A stretch of DNA of 63,989 nt, filler included, from Porpidia crustulata (GCA_964255105.1; 5 parts of 5 records of this genome joined end to end with filler, not necessarily neighbours in it), one strand, 5' to 3'; shown: positions 49,901-61,104, counted from the first letter of the whole stretch. The notes: generated from the sequence alone by a model not told the origin. A program made the numbers and translations.

Positions 49901-51207
49901 GAATTGCCAAGTTGATTGGCACGAAAGATGATCTCGAGGGGATGCTTCAAAGTCTCAATAAAGATCTTACCGAGAGGCAGTCCGCACTTGTGCATTCGCA
50001 GAAACTCTACGACACCCTCAGTGCTCACCATTCCTCTCGAGCGGCTCGCGCTGAAGAAATTTCCAAGAGGCTTTACACGCAAAACAATGTCCTAAGCCGG
50101 CTATTGGAGCTCGTTGGTCTCACCATCACGAGACAAGATGATGGTATGGTGATCTCGAAAACTTCAAGAGCAGTAAACGCTAGTACAGTCATTAATGATA
50201 TCTCAACGTCAATGAACCGCAGTCTTTCAAGTCCATTGCCATCTAAGAGCGACGTCGACACGCCCATAGATCCCGAGATCCTTGGATGGGTCAGATCAGA
50301 TAGTCAGGACGTAGAGGCACGGTACTTTGATCAGTATATCCAAGAAATCTCAAGCTTCGATATGGTGGCCTTCAGCGAAGCTATCACCAAACGAGTCAAG
50401 GAAGCCGATCACATTGCTCGGAAATGGCAAAGAGAAGCCCGAGCGTACCGTGATCGATCACACCGTGCGCAAAGCGAAGCCCATGATAAGATTGCTTTCC
50501 GGTCTTTCAAGGAAGGAGATCTTGCTCTCTTCCTGCCGACTCGCAATCAAGCTACTAGACCTTGGGCAGCATTCAATGTCGGCGCCCCTCATTACTTTCT
50601 ACGCGAGCAAGATTCTCACAAGCTCCGTACAAGAGACTGGCTATTGGCAAGGATATCGAAAGTTGAAGAGCGTATGGTCGACCTCTCTAAATCCATCAGT
50701 GGCACAGGTGCAGCAAGCGATGGAAGGTCTATCGGCGCCGCCAGCGACGGCGGGGCTTCCTTTGATGACGAAAACCCATTCGAACTATCTGATGGCTTGA
50801 GATGGTTTTTGCTCGACGCTGCAGAAGAGAAGCCTGGCGCTCCGATCAACATCGGCCTCAGCAAGGTCACGGTAGCGTCCGCGAATGTAGACGCAAAAGG
50901 TAGCATCCGGATGAAAAAGCCATCGGACGGTAACGGTGCCACCAAGACCTTAACCCGAAGCCTCGACAGTCGTCGAAGTCTTAATAGCCGCCGCAGCAGC
51001 ACAAATTCGAAGAAAGGCGTCGCGGCTACAACCTCGGCACCCGTCGTAGCTCCCGCCCAAAACGAGGGTCCAAGCACCAACGATCCACAAACGCTCATTG
51101 CGCCAAAAGAAACGGCAAACCCACCAAGCGTCCAAGAAGCAGCTGCAGAGCCCTTGGCAAGCCAGGTTGCGGATGAAGTACGCCGGAATCTCCTTTGGGG
51201 CCCTTGA
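46910..51207 (+). CDS. ATG11: Autophagy-related protein 11
   Basis: First exon MSLYIFIAHSG, then a long coiled-coil ORF with LVECVRRREW and the C-terminal Atg11 domain KIAFRSFKEGDLALFLPTRN..PWAAFN..APHYFL..DDENPFELSDGLRW. Confidence 0.95.
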
Positions 51208-51392
51208 TGCTGTAGCCGCCTACACAAAGAATCCGGACTGACTTTTTGCAGCAGGGCAAGGCCAACGCTTCGCCGTTGAAATCTCTTCGAAACGGAGATG
51301 GGCTGGCACGTAGATCGTCGCCGGAGAAACCGAGAGCTAGGGCGTGGGATTCGCTGTGGTCGTATGATGTTAATGTTGAGGGGGGTAGGGGG

Positions 51393-51492
51393 NNNNNNNN
51401 NNNNNNNNNNNNNNNNNNNNNNNNNNNNNNNNNNNNTTAATTAATTAANNNNNNNNNNNNNNNNNNNNNNNNNNNNNNNNNNNNNNNNNNNN
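51393..51492. other. Artificial contig spacer
   Basis: N44-TTAATTAATTAA-N44. Confidence 0.98.
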
Positions 51493-51863
51493 GGATTGGG
51501 CGTGGGATGTGCGCGGGCACTGGCTGTGTTTTAGGAGGAGAACGTGGTTTCTTGTGGACGCTGGTTTGGGCGGAATATGTGTAGTTGTTTCTTTTGGTTG
51601 CTTTTAAAAAAAGGTGCGCCTTTTTCGAGATTCCCTCGTCTGCTTCGTCTCTAGTAGACCTCGTCCTGGTTAAAATGGGCCGCTGGTGTTGTGGTATACA
51701 AAGACCCCCTGGATTTTCCACGCAATCCTCGAGATCGGTAGTACTACAGATGGGCAGCCTGATCGTCTAGCCGGATGCAAACGTCCGAGATCCAGAGGAC
51801 TCCGTTGCCGACCTATCACGCCAAACACCTCGGTGAAACCGGGCCTTATGCTTTTGTGAATGG

Positions 51864-53501
51864 TCAGTCAATCTTGGCTTCTGTCTCTGCAAGTGGCGGT
51901 AGTACGTCGATGACCGGTGTGAATGCATTGGCTCCGGCCACTAGGGCTTCTTCGGATTCCGCGGGAAGTATATCATCGCTTGAGTCGACGACATCTCTTC
52001 TGTTGGATGGAAAATGCATGTCGTCTGCTGGACTTCTGACGGAATTTGGAGTTGATGGAGTTTGGCCTCTTGATACTGAGGCACTGATGTAGTTGGGTGT
52101 GTGTGCGTTTTCAGGTTTCCGTCCAATAAGAACAATGCTAACGACGATTAAATTCAAGAGTATCTCACGCTGTGGGAGAGGTGGCTCACTTGGTCTGGTA
52201 CGAATGTATAGATCGATTCTTCAACTCTGGCCGCATCTTCGCCATCAACACTTTGACTTCTTCTGCTTTCCATTGTAGCCCTCGGGTCATCAAGCCAAGG
52301 CTGATACCTTCGAGCCCCTCAATATGAGCGACCAATTGGAACTTGCTGACTTCTTTCAACAATTTACTCTTCGGCCATGAGTTGGTCGGAGATTTGAAAA
52401 TAACCTGCCGTATGTCCACGAATCCAGCTTTCTCCAGCCAAGCTTTATATTCGTGATGATAAGGTATTGGGCGGTTATAAGTTGTGGCAGCATCACAGAT
52501 TAGTTTAGACCACAACGATAGATTGCTGTCTTCTGGGAGACTTCCATCATCGGAAAGGAAACGGCAGTCGAGCTCTTGTATTTCAAAGTACCCACCCGGT
52601 TTAAGATGTCTGATGGTAAGACAAGTCAGTATAATACCATCGTTCTCAAGACAGAACCTCCTAACCTGTATGCTTTTCGCATTAACCGCTCCCAACTCGA
52701 GATGGACGATATCATAAACCGTGAATGTATGTAGTTGAAGTAATTGTCAGGCCAGACCCACTTGCTCTCAACATCGTCAATTTCAAAGCGAACGTTGTCA
52801 GGAACCCTAGAGACCTTAGCCATTGACGCCCTCCAACTTTCTTCCCGAACCTCACATGAAAGATATTCTCGTACCACATTGGCTGAACGGGCGAGAGATC
52901 AGTCCCAATTACTGTTGCGTCCGGGAACTGGTCTGCCATCTCGATTGCCCATATCCCAGTGCCCGTCCCTATATCAAGAATAGTCTTCGGATTGATAATG
53001 GGTGCAAGATGGAGGTGTCCCCCCATGAGTAGCATTATCACATGATGCTTGATATCAATACGCTCCAACTCTGCCTAGATAGACTTTAGTATCAGCGCAA
53101 CGGTATCCATACTGCACCGGCATGCATGAGGACAGCATGAGCCGCACGGTCTATAGCCGGGTGGGGGCGGAATCCTACATACCTCGTCATTGGGTAATGG
53201 ATACGATCCTGCTTTGTAGGCATGATATCTTCTTCCATTCTCATACTCGTACTCAAAAACACTAGATGTAAGGGACGAAGAATCGAATGGCCTTCGGACG
53301 GGTTGTCAGCCGGAGTGGGAACTGCTTTGACTATTCGCTCTGTGCGGCAACTCACGAAGCCTCATTGTCCACCGAATCGCGCTGCGTCTGTCAGTCGAGC
53401 GGAGTGAAAGCTGGCTGGCATAGACCTACGTCATCCACTTCTAACATTGACATCGGTGGGGTCATGGCGACAATATCAGACCCAACATTATGTTGGGCCA
53501 T
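51864..53501 (-). CDS. LaeA-like (LLM) SAM-dependent methyltransferase, multi-exon
   Basis: YEYENGRRYHAY..Y.LPNDE, LHLAPI, ILDIGTGTGIWAIEMAD, IGTDLSPVQP, VPDNVRFEIDD and HLKPGGYFEIQE. Confidence 0.9.
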
Positions 53502-54632
53502 TGTGCTGAGATAGCCCGCTCACAAGATAAGTGGAATAGGGATAGTAGTCCTCGAGGGTTTCGATGATCGTTAAAGGGTACGCGAACCATGAAGCAGCCG
53601 CATCTGCTGACTTCAAATCACTGGTGGGAAGGCCATGCCGCCACCAACAGCGCCTCCACAATTGAGTTGACCTGCACTCTGTATCTTTAAGCTATAGTCA
53701 CTAGCTCTAGCCATGTCGATCATGCTTAAGCTGACAAACGAATAATTAACATGCAAGTATCTAGCTTTCGAGTTCGCCGAGAATGCCACATGCGACGACT
53801 ATTTGCCACATGATCAGGTCAAAGTTACAGAAAAGTCCGTTTACGAAGCAACGACTTTAAAGCTATTGTACATAGAGCGTAATCAAATGATTAAGCCGCT
53901 ACTCATAAACTGTTTGATCTGCAATTTTGAGTCCTTAATCCACAATTGAGCCATGTAGGATACCAAAACAGGGGCAGCGAGAGACAAAATCTTTGGCAGG
54001 TCTGTTCAGACAGAGTGCATTGTAATGTCACGGTATCTACCTCGGTTGTAGTCACCAGAATCCAGAAAGCTCGTCCTCATGGCAGTCCTAGGATAGCAGG
54101 CTCACCCTGACTTATGGGAGCAGAATTGAGATATCTCTGGAGGCCGTCGGAACGCAATATCATTGCAATGCATGCCTTGCGACAGACCAATCTCCGAGAT
54201 GAGACCGATCCATGTACCAAGAAACAACAATCCAGTCAGTCAGTTTGGATTACCTCGGCGACTCCGCCGAGTGCCAAGTAACAAGGGTGGATTATTGTCC
54301 GCGTCAACTTCGCTTGTATCTCCGTATACAGAGTCCGCACAATTGGCGGAAGCTCAGATCGTAGCTCTCGTAGTGATTTAAAAGTAGTATGTGCGATTAA
54401 TTTGACCCGTACTTTCTTGATAATCAAGGTCGAATGATGCCCCCACAATCGTTGCTGAGAATCAAAAGTGCTCGAGGCACGAGAGGTATGTGGGTGACCG
54501 TCCATGTAGTCAAACCGACCAAACCAAGACTGGATATAGCAGCCAAGACTCGCTGCTGGAGCACAGATTTTCTTTGTATACCGACACCTGGGAGGTCCTC
54601 GAGCACTTGACCTAGCGTGTGCGATCTAGTGA

Positions 54633-54953
54633 TCAGGAGTTTTGTTCGGACCGCCACTCCTCCGGCAATTCCATCCCCACTCTTCGAGCGGTCAACCGGA
54701 CCTTCTCTTCCTCATCCATTGTCATTCCAGGGTTATACCTCTCCAATAGAGTCGCGTACATCCTTTGTGCCTTGGCATATTGCACATATTGATCACCAAG
54801 TTCCAATTGATGCACAGGGTCACCCTGTGGTATGGTACGGAAGGTTGTTCGGATACTCTGCTGTAAGGGTGATGGGGTTGAGAGCGGTCGGTGTGGCAGT
54901 TCGCGTAGAAGGGAACGATATAGCGAACGAAGATGAGTTGGGGTGGGCGCCAT
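54633..54953 (-). CDS. FMC1: Mitochondrial ATP synthase assembly factor (LYR-family)
   Basis: LRSLYRSLLRELP ... Y.KAQRMY.TLLERYNPG ... EEKVRLTARRVGMELP. Confidence 0.85.
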   Translation of the reverse strand: MAPTPTHLRSLYRSLLRELPHRPLSTPSPLQQSIRTTFRTIPQGDPVHQLELGDQYVQYAKAQRMYATLLERYNPGMTMDEEEKVRLTARRVGMELPEEWRSEQNS

Positions 54954-55621
54954 TAGATGGGTGGATGGGAATGCTGAAATGGTGGACATAAAACGGAGTT
55001 GGATGGGAGGTGATAGACATTCGAATTTCAGCCCTACTCTAGGGTACGGGCCGATTCAATCGAAATTTTCGTCTTACAATTTCTCACTCAAAGAGCGCCC
55101 TGCTTTTCATCATTATTCCCATTAGTAGCCTTCATTCCTGATCAATGAGATTGACACATCCTCAATTCGATTGTCAGTCCCCAGAATTTCAGTTGATGAT
55201 GGAAGCGTGAGGTAATCATTGAATACCTATCACAGGGGGTGGTAAATGTTATTAGAGCACTGCAGGGGTTATAGCTCTGTAGAAAGCTTTAATGACTTTT
55301 GGTACCCCTTGTGTATCAATAAGCCATTATGGCTACTCAGTCATCTTGATGTTACGCATATCCATGAACACAAGCTGTCACAGTTGCTTGACAATCTTAG
55401 TGTTTTTCTGTGAATGTATTCTTATATCAATGTACAGCTCTTGGGACAAAAACTCAGGCATGGAGCAGGTCAGGATTAAAGCAAGCCCCTATCAGGTCTC
55501 TTATTCAGTACGGTGCCAGCCATAATTGCGGGTTCCTGAGGCGAGTGGCTAGACTATCTAAGACAGCGTGAGTAGGCGACTCGTTAAATAAATTGGCATT
55601 GGACTTACAAGACAGCCATTG

Positions 55622-56713
55622 TTAAACTTTTTTTCCCTTCACGCGCTTGCTTGTCCTCCTAACGGAATCCGGACTGTTCTCTGATTCTGTCTCATCTGAT
55701 CGTCTTCGCTTCACGAAGGAGAACTCTGCTCGATCATCCTGTGGGGACCCATCCGAAGTATGGCTGTCTGAGCTTCGTAATCCTGCTGTACTACCTTGCG
55801 TCGATTTCGCTGGAGTCGGGTATTCTGATTCGAGCCCGCGCCGCTCACTAATTGGCTTTCTTCTGGCTACAAGCATATGGAGGCACCACAACGCGAGATT
55901 TATTGTCAGATCATCCTCCTTTTCGGCTTTCCAAGGTATCGACTTGTACTCAATGTAGTAACTTTTTGGACCTCCTTCAGTCATTTTATTTGGATCATTC
56001 CTGTCTCCGTGAAACACATGAAGAACCACCAACTCCTCTTGCGTTATGATATAACCATACGGAACCATTGCGCGACGACAGTAGGTAAAAACCTGGTTAA
56101 TTGGGGCTTTGAATCTAGAGTCCTTCCAACCCCATTTACTCTTGAACTTCGTGCTCAATTTTGTGTCTCCTGGAAGGATATTTCGGTAGTGCCTTGCGTT
56201 TCCGACGTTGCTGCGATCGTCGTTGTCAGGACAAGAGAAGAGAATCCCTGCCCAATCAGGGCTTAATCTTGACACAGGAAGCCACGCTTGACCACCTCTG
56301 GCCATGGAAATCTCGTGCGGATGATCGCTCCTGTCGATTGTATTTTGAAACTCGGTATGACCTTGAGCTATAGCCAGAGCGGTACGTACGACCGGATATT
56401 TCCAGCTGATCAAGAGCGCATCAAGAGAGTTTTCGTCGGCGATCTCAATCAGATGGCTTCGATAAGCCAGTAATTCTTCAAATTTCGGCGCATTACCCAC
56501 AGGAAAGGCCAAGGTCTCGCCGAATATGGGTTTCAGACCCTCCCATTTCATGCTTTCCCAGTTAATTACGTCACGGATAAGGACACCATCGTGAGGGCCA
56601 TTGCTTGCACTACGTTTGGTACCTGTACTACCATCAGTCAAAGACCATGTGCTATCGACCGTCGGGTTTGGCCTTTTCAGGTAAGAAAAGAGTAGTGACG
56701 ATTCTTCTGTCAT
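55622..56713 (-). CDS. Fungal accessory protein with a putative PD-(D/E)xK restriction-endonuclease-like fold
   Basis: Intronless 363-aa ORF with SPDWAG ... NILPGDTKLS ... PINQVFTYC ... YGYIITQEELVVL ... IPW ... LTINLALWCL and a basic C-terminal tail. Fold inferred from motif spacing. Confidence 0.65.
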   Translation of the reverse strand: MTEESSLLFSYLKRPNPTVDSTWSLTDGSTGTKRSASNGPHDGVLIRDVINWESMKWEGLKPIFGETLAFPVGNAPKFEELLAYRSHLIEIADENSLDALLISWKYPVVRTALAIAQGHTEFQNTIDRSDHPHEISMARGGQAWLPVSRLSPDWAGILFSCPDNDDRSNVGNARHYRNILPGDTKLSTKFKSKWGWKDSRFKAPINQVFTYCRRAMVPYGYIITQEELVVLHVFHGDRNDPNKMTEGGPKSYYIEYKSIPWKAEKEDDLTINLALWCLHMLVARRKPISERRGLESEYPTPAKSTQGSTAGLRSSDSHTSDGSPQDDRAEFSFVKRRRSDETESENSPDSVRRTSKRVKGKKV

Positions 56714-57200
56714 ATTTCTCTGATTCTGGATGGAGGAATATAAGATAGCTGAGTTGGAATAGCCAGATCCACTGCATCATGGCTACAAGGCAAGCTGTGC
56801 CTCGTACGACCTGAACTAATTGCCGAAAAGATGGTATCTTGAGGACTGTCGTCTCCGACAGTATGCAGCTTCTGTTATCATCAATGGTTGACTAATCGAT
56901 ATGGGTTGCATTGACATGCGCGCCTTTTGCACTCTCCACCGCGATTGAATGATAATGTGAAAAGGGCTGTATTGATTGGGAAATGTTTACAAGAACTCGT
57001 AAATGCGGCACTGATCCCTCTAATATCTACCGCATGAAGAGGGTCTGAGTTGGATTCTTATTCGAGGTATCCGCGCGGGGTTTACATGTATGCAGAGTGC
57101 ACGAACCCGCCAAACACATTTCGTGCTGGTAGCGGTTGATACAAGGAGTGCTGAGAGATAAAAGACCAGATTACCTGCCTGAGGCACTCGTCTATACATA

Positions 57201-58130
57201 ATGGCCCCAAAGCGACGTAAAGCATCGCTACGGCCGAAAATACCAGCTGCAATTAGGTCTGACAATCTTCTGCCTACCTGCGAAGGCCCGAAACTCGGTA
57301 GATTTGAACAAAGCCACGCAGCCACTCGATTCATCAAGTTGCTGAGCGCCGAAACGCCTGGGGTTGACGGGCACGTATTTGAAGTAGTCATTAAATCAAA
57401 GCACTATGCGCTTAAGTTGGTAAGAGACACATTTACTCCAAATATATGTTATACAAAAGCTGATCGAGGATTCCCCGCCCGGCAGTTTAGATTCTTTGAT
57501 ACTCCAACTGACGCGGATGGTTTAGCAGAGATTGGGGTGTCAAATGAAACGTTCATTGGCCACTGCGATCCTTTCTATGCCGAATGCCGTGCGTATGGCT
57601 GTATCGAGAATGCTAAATTGAACGGACATGTCGCTATACGATGTTATGGCTTCATGGCAATTTCAGCTAAACAAGAATCAAAATTGGCAGAGCCCCCGTT
57701 CTATATAGATATCAGTGAGTGGAACCGGCCAGAGCAGGAATACGACTGGCCTACTTCAGCAAGGCAACCATTTCGCGCTATTGTTAAAGAGCTGGTTAAG
57801 AGCAAGAACCGGCTCATTGGGGTCGCACAGATGAGAGAAGACCTCTTCACCTTACACGGCATTGGAGTATTTGTTGAAGACATTCAGGAGAATAATTTTA
57901 TCAATGGAAAGCTGATTGATTTCAGTCGTTCTCGAACAAGGCCGCATATCATGCTAGATCCAGATATACGGTCGCAGAATCTCATCGGCCAGGAAATTGA
58001 AGGAGAGTCGCTGACATTTGATCGTATGGTGGAGAGAGCTGGTCTTTGGAACCGTACGGCAGCCTCGGCCGATTCGAAAGGTGGTAGACTGCGCTCGAAT
58101 ATCAAGAAACCGAGTCGCTATGGCTTTTAA
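57201..58130 (+). CDS. Protein-kinase-like protein of the 'Fta2-domain' type; in-frame 66-nt intron 57420-57485
   Basis: G.DGHVFEV, YALKL/FRFF, DPFYAECRAYG, CYG, RAIVKE, LHGIGVFVEDIQENN (catalytic loop) and LIDFS. Confidence 0.78.
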   Translation: MAPKRRKASLRPKIPAAIRSDNLLPTCEGPKLGRFEQSHAATRFIKLLSAETPGVDGHVFEVVIKSKHYALKLVRDTFTPNICYTKADRGFPARQFRFFDTPTDADGLAEIGVSNETFIGHCDPFYAECRAYGCIENAKLNGHVAIRCYGFMAISAKQESKLAEPPFYIDISEWNRPEQEYDWPTSARQPFRAIVKELVKSKNRLIGVAQMREDLFTLHGIGVFVEDIQENNFINGKLIDFSRSRTRPHIMLDPDIRSQNLIGQEIEGESLTFDRMVERAGLWNRTAASADSKGGRLRSNIKKPSRYGF

Positions 58131-58708
58131 CAGTTAAGGTCCACTTATTTCAATAGCCTCTGCAGAGCGTCATCTAAACCATGGAAGGACATGAGCAACA
58201 TCCTGGATATTCATTGCACGTCAAAGATATCAGAGCGTCCAAATAATTCGGCTGCCACGAAAACTTGCCAGCGCATCTAATTTTCGAACATCAATGCAAC
58301 GCTGCGTTGCAACAGATACTTAGTCTTCTTGATGCCGTCGTCTCTGGGAAATGATGCTCGGAATAAACTGATCCTCATGCTTAGCCATACGGACAGATCT
58401 TGAGCCCATCTTCATGCCCGCTGTCTCAATACAACACTGTCAGGTATGCCATCAACAGCACAATACTCATCATTACCAAGTTTTTACTAACCCGGATCCG
58501 CCGTGAGTAGGTAGGGTGGAAGAATTGGCTTTACAGAATGATCTGGATGAGGCGAAGTACTACTTACGTATCTTCAAGAGCCACGTTTCTCCCTTTCTTA
58601 TCAAGCTAAGGTGCTTGATAAGGTAGTCGTAATTAAGGCACAAAGGTTGCCTAGATGCACGTCCACGCCTGTGGGAACTGAGCTTTGAAGAAGTGGCTGA
58701 GAGTGCGG

Positions 58709-58764
58709 TATCCCTTCAGCTAGTGATGAAGCAGCTACCAGGATGTTCGGCCGCCATTCCTATA
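58709..58764. repeat. Dispersed repeat, family C (solo arm)
   Basis: TATCCCTTCAGCTAGTGATGAAGCAGCTACCAGGATGTTCGGCCGCCATTCCTATA, collinear with 8635-8690. Confidence 0.75.
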
Positions 58765-58961
58765 TATTGGTTACTGAGCTCTGTTCGTTCTTAGAGTACC
58801 ATTATATGTATCGAGTATGTCTAGATAGGGATGGTGAGATGGTGGCCGTCCACCATAACCGTTACTTTTGATTGATGATCTGAGCCTCCTTTTGCAAACC
58901 TCAAGATCTTTGAGCAGTAATCGTGGAATATTGAGCATGGAAAGACTCACATACAACCACC

Positions 58962-59163
58962 TAGCCCTTGAGCTGGCAGTCAGTGTGCCACCAGGATTAT
59001 CGGACACTATACCTATCTAGATATGCTCGTTCTCACCTTCAACGGAAGTAGGTAGGCGGTAGGCTCAAACTAGAGAGAATAACCCTAACCCTTGACCTTC
59101 TGCTCCGTTGAGGGGTAAATACGAGTAATCCTGATGGCATACAAACTGCCAGCTTAGGGGATA
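58962..59163. mobile_element. Family C inverted-repeat element containing a nested family A hairpin
   Basis: Left arm TAGCCCTTGAGCTGGCAGTCAGTGTGCCACCAGGATTA matches the reverse complement of 59126-59163, TATCCCCTAAGCTGGCAGTTTGTATGCCATCAGGATTA. Confidence 0.72.
59024..59127. mobile_element. Telomere-loop hairpin element, family A (reverse orientation, diverged)
   Basis: Arms TGCTCGTTCTCACCTTCAACGGA and TCCGTTGAGGGGTAAATACGAGTA. TAACCCTAACCCT at 59080-59092. Confidence 0.75.
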
Positions 59164-59548
59164 CACACATCTTTGTGATTCTGGGTTATCTACGCTGCCA
59201 TGCTATGCATACCTACCGGTCCGTAGCACTAATATGATCGAGTATTGTCCTCCTAAACTTTGCTTGTGGATTGCAGCCTGTGGAGGGTTTGATATGCGTG
59301 GCCCCTCACCAAGGACTTGAAGGACTCAAAGGACTCTAGGCAAGTAACTCTCCACATAAGTCCATATAAGTAGGAATTGACCCCCACCACGGCTTGACGA
59401 AATGCTGTTCATCTCTTTTATTCGTGGAGACTATTGAAACCACATTTACCAAGAGTCCGATTCGGCCCCCAGCCTGATACTTCTGCACGTCAACCTCGAA
59501 TCACCTCGTCCTTACGGCTTTTTATCACCTACGTCTAGTCACGAAGAT

Positions 59549-60460
59549 ATGGCAAGATCATCGTTACAACTCACGATGGAGTGGTTCCACGACATCATTG
59601 AATTCTCCTACCTTCTTCTCTTCCGGAGAAAATTACGTCCAGAACAGCCCCGCAAACAGCGCAAAAAACGCAAGGCCAATATGCCCAAAAGTTTGTCCCC
59701 GCGGCGCACAGAGCTCTCGCTCTCCTACGACCCAGGCATCAATGCATCGTCAACTTTTCTGGGAAGACTTCCCCTCGAGGTCCGCTGGAAAATCTACAAA
59801 TATGCCCTCGGCGGGCATCTGGTTCATATTACCCTCACTCCTTCTAGAATCACCCATGTTTGCTGTGCTAGGGCTCAATCCACGGACTTCGCCCGTACTT
59901 GCGCTCCTGAAGCTCGCCATGAATTCATCCCTCAATCTATCCCAACTGTGCCTTGTGACATTGCTTCCGCCCTTCTCCGCACATGCCGGCAAATATACGC
60001 CGAAGCTTTCATGATCCTCTACTCTGCCAATACCTTTGACATCGACGATCTCAGTGCATTTGTACTCCTCGCCGGGAACATACCTCCTAGGGGTTTAGCG
60101 GCAATTAAGTCTCTTCAATTGGCTTGGTATTTCGTTTACCCTCCTCTTGGGACCCTACAGGCAAAATCTCCGAAGATGGCCCCGTATGACGATGCCACCT
60201 ACCTCCGTTTCTGGAGTATCCTGGTAAACCAAATGCCCGCATTGAAAGACTTACGCGTGGCGATCGCGGACGTGTGGACTTTAAGGGGGCTAAGGGTGGA
60301 AGAACCGTGGGTGCAGCCCCTGTTGAAGGTCAAAGGGCTGGAGGTATTTGAGTTGCAGGATAATTTGATGGAAAGCAATATATTTGACGGCCGGAAGGGA
60401 ACGGATGAATTTGCTGCTAGGTTAAGAACTGTACTTTGTAGAGCGAGAGTAGGTGCGTGA
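59549..60460 (+). CDS. Fungal hypothetical protein with an F-box-like N-terminal motif
   Basis: 303-aa ORF with FLGRLPLEVRWKIYKYALG and ALLRTCRQIYAEA..ILYSANTF, a common expanded Pezizomycotina family. Confidence 0.75.
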   Translation: MARSSLQLTMEWFHDIIEFSYLLLFRRKLRPEQPRKQRKKRKANMPKSLSPRRTELSLSYDPGINASSTFLGRLPLEVRWKIYKYALGGHLVHITLTPSRITHVCCARAQSTDFARTCAPEARHEFIPQSIPTVPCDIASALLRTCRQIYAEAFMILYSANTFDIDDLSAFVLLAGNIPPRGLAAIKSLQLAWYFVYPPLGTLQAKSPKMAPYDDATYLRFWSILVNQMPALKDLRVAIADVWTLRGLRVEEPWVQPLLKVKGLEVFELQDNLMESNIFDGRKGTDEFAARLRTVLCRARVGA

Positions 60461-61104
60461 AGAGCGAGTAGTTGAAAAGGGACAATGACCGCTTCTGCTA
60501 AGGCTTGATGTGAGATGATTAATTGTACCATTTACCCATAGGTTCGATCAACGTATTGCGCAATTGATAACCACCCACATGCCACCAGCAGGTTATTCTC
60601 AAGAGACTGCACATCCAACAGGCCAAGACGACACCTGTATGTACTTAAATTTGAAGACCGGAAAACCCGAGGAAGTCATGCTCTCGGAATCGTAGCCACC
60701 GTGGCAGCGGTGCCAGCGTTTTGTCTTCCCAGGAATTAACTTGGAGATTGATGGATACTCAGCCGGAGTGTCATCAAATGACTCTGGCTCCTGCCTGCCC
60801 AAGCCATAATGAGACGTCAAAAGATTTCGTTGCGGAAACGGGGCTTTTCTGTTATGCTAAATGTTAATTGACGTTAGCAGATGAATCAGCACAGAGATGG
60901 TCCCAAGGTCGAATAGACAGCTATTGCGCCAAGTGATGGAACTTGATGCCATTCTATCATGATACGAATTGAACATTTAGAATTTCAGATCTTATCACGG
61001 AGCGCGCGTGAGGCGGGCAGCAATCTCTTGGCAATACTTCCGCTAGCCCTGTGGATCACTCCAAAATTACTTGCTACAAAAGACATGGTCCGTTGTTTAC
61101 TCCT

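Noticed and set aside
748..59163. Hairpin repeats as a CRISPR array or bacterial REP elements
   Set aside because: The context is eukaryotic and intron-rich, the copies are dispersed, and there is no repeat-spacer periodicity or cas gene.
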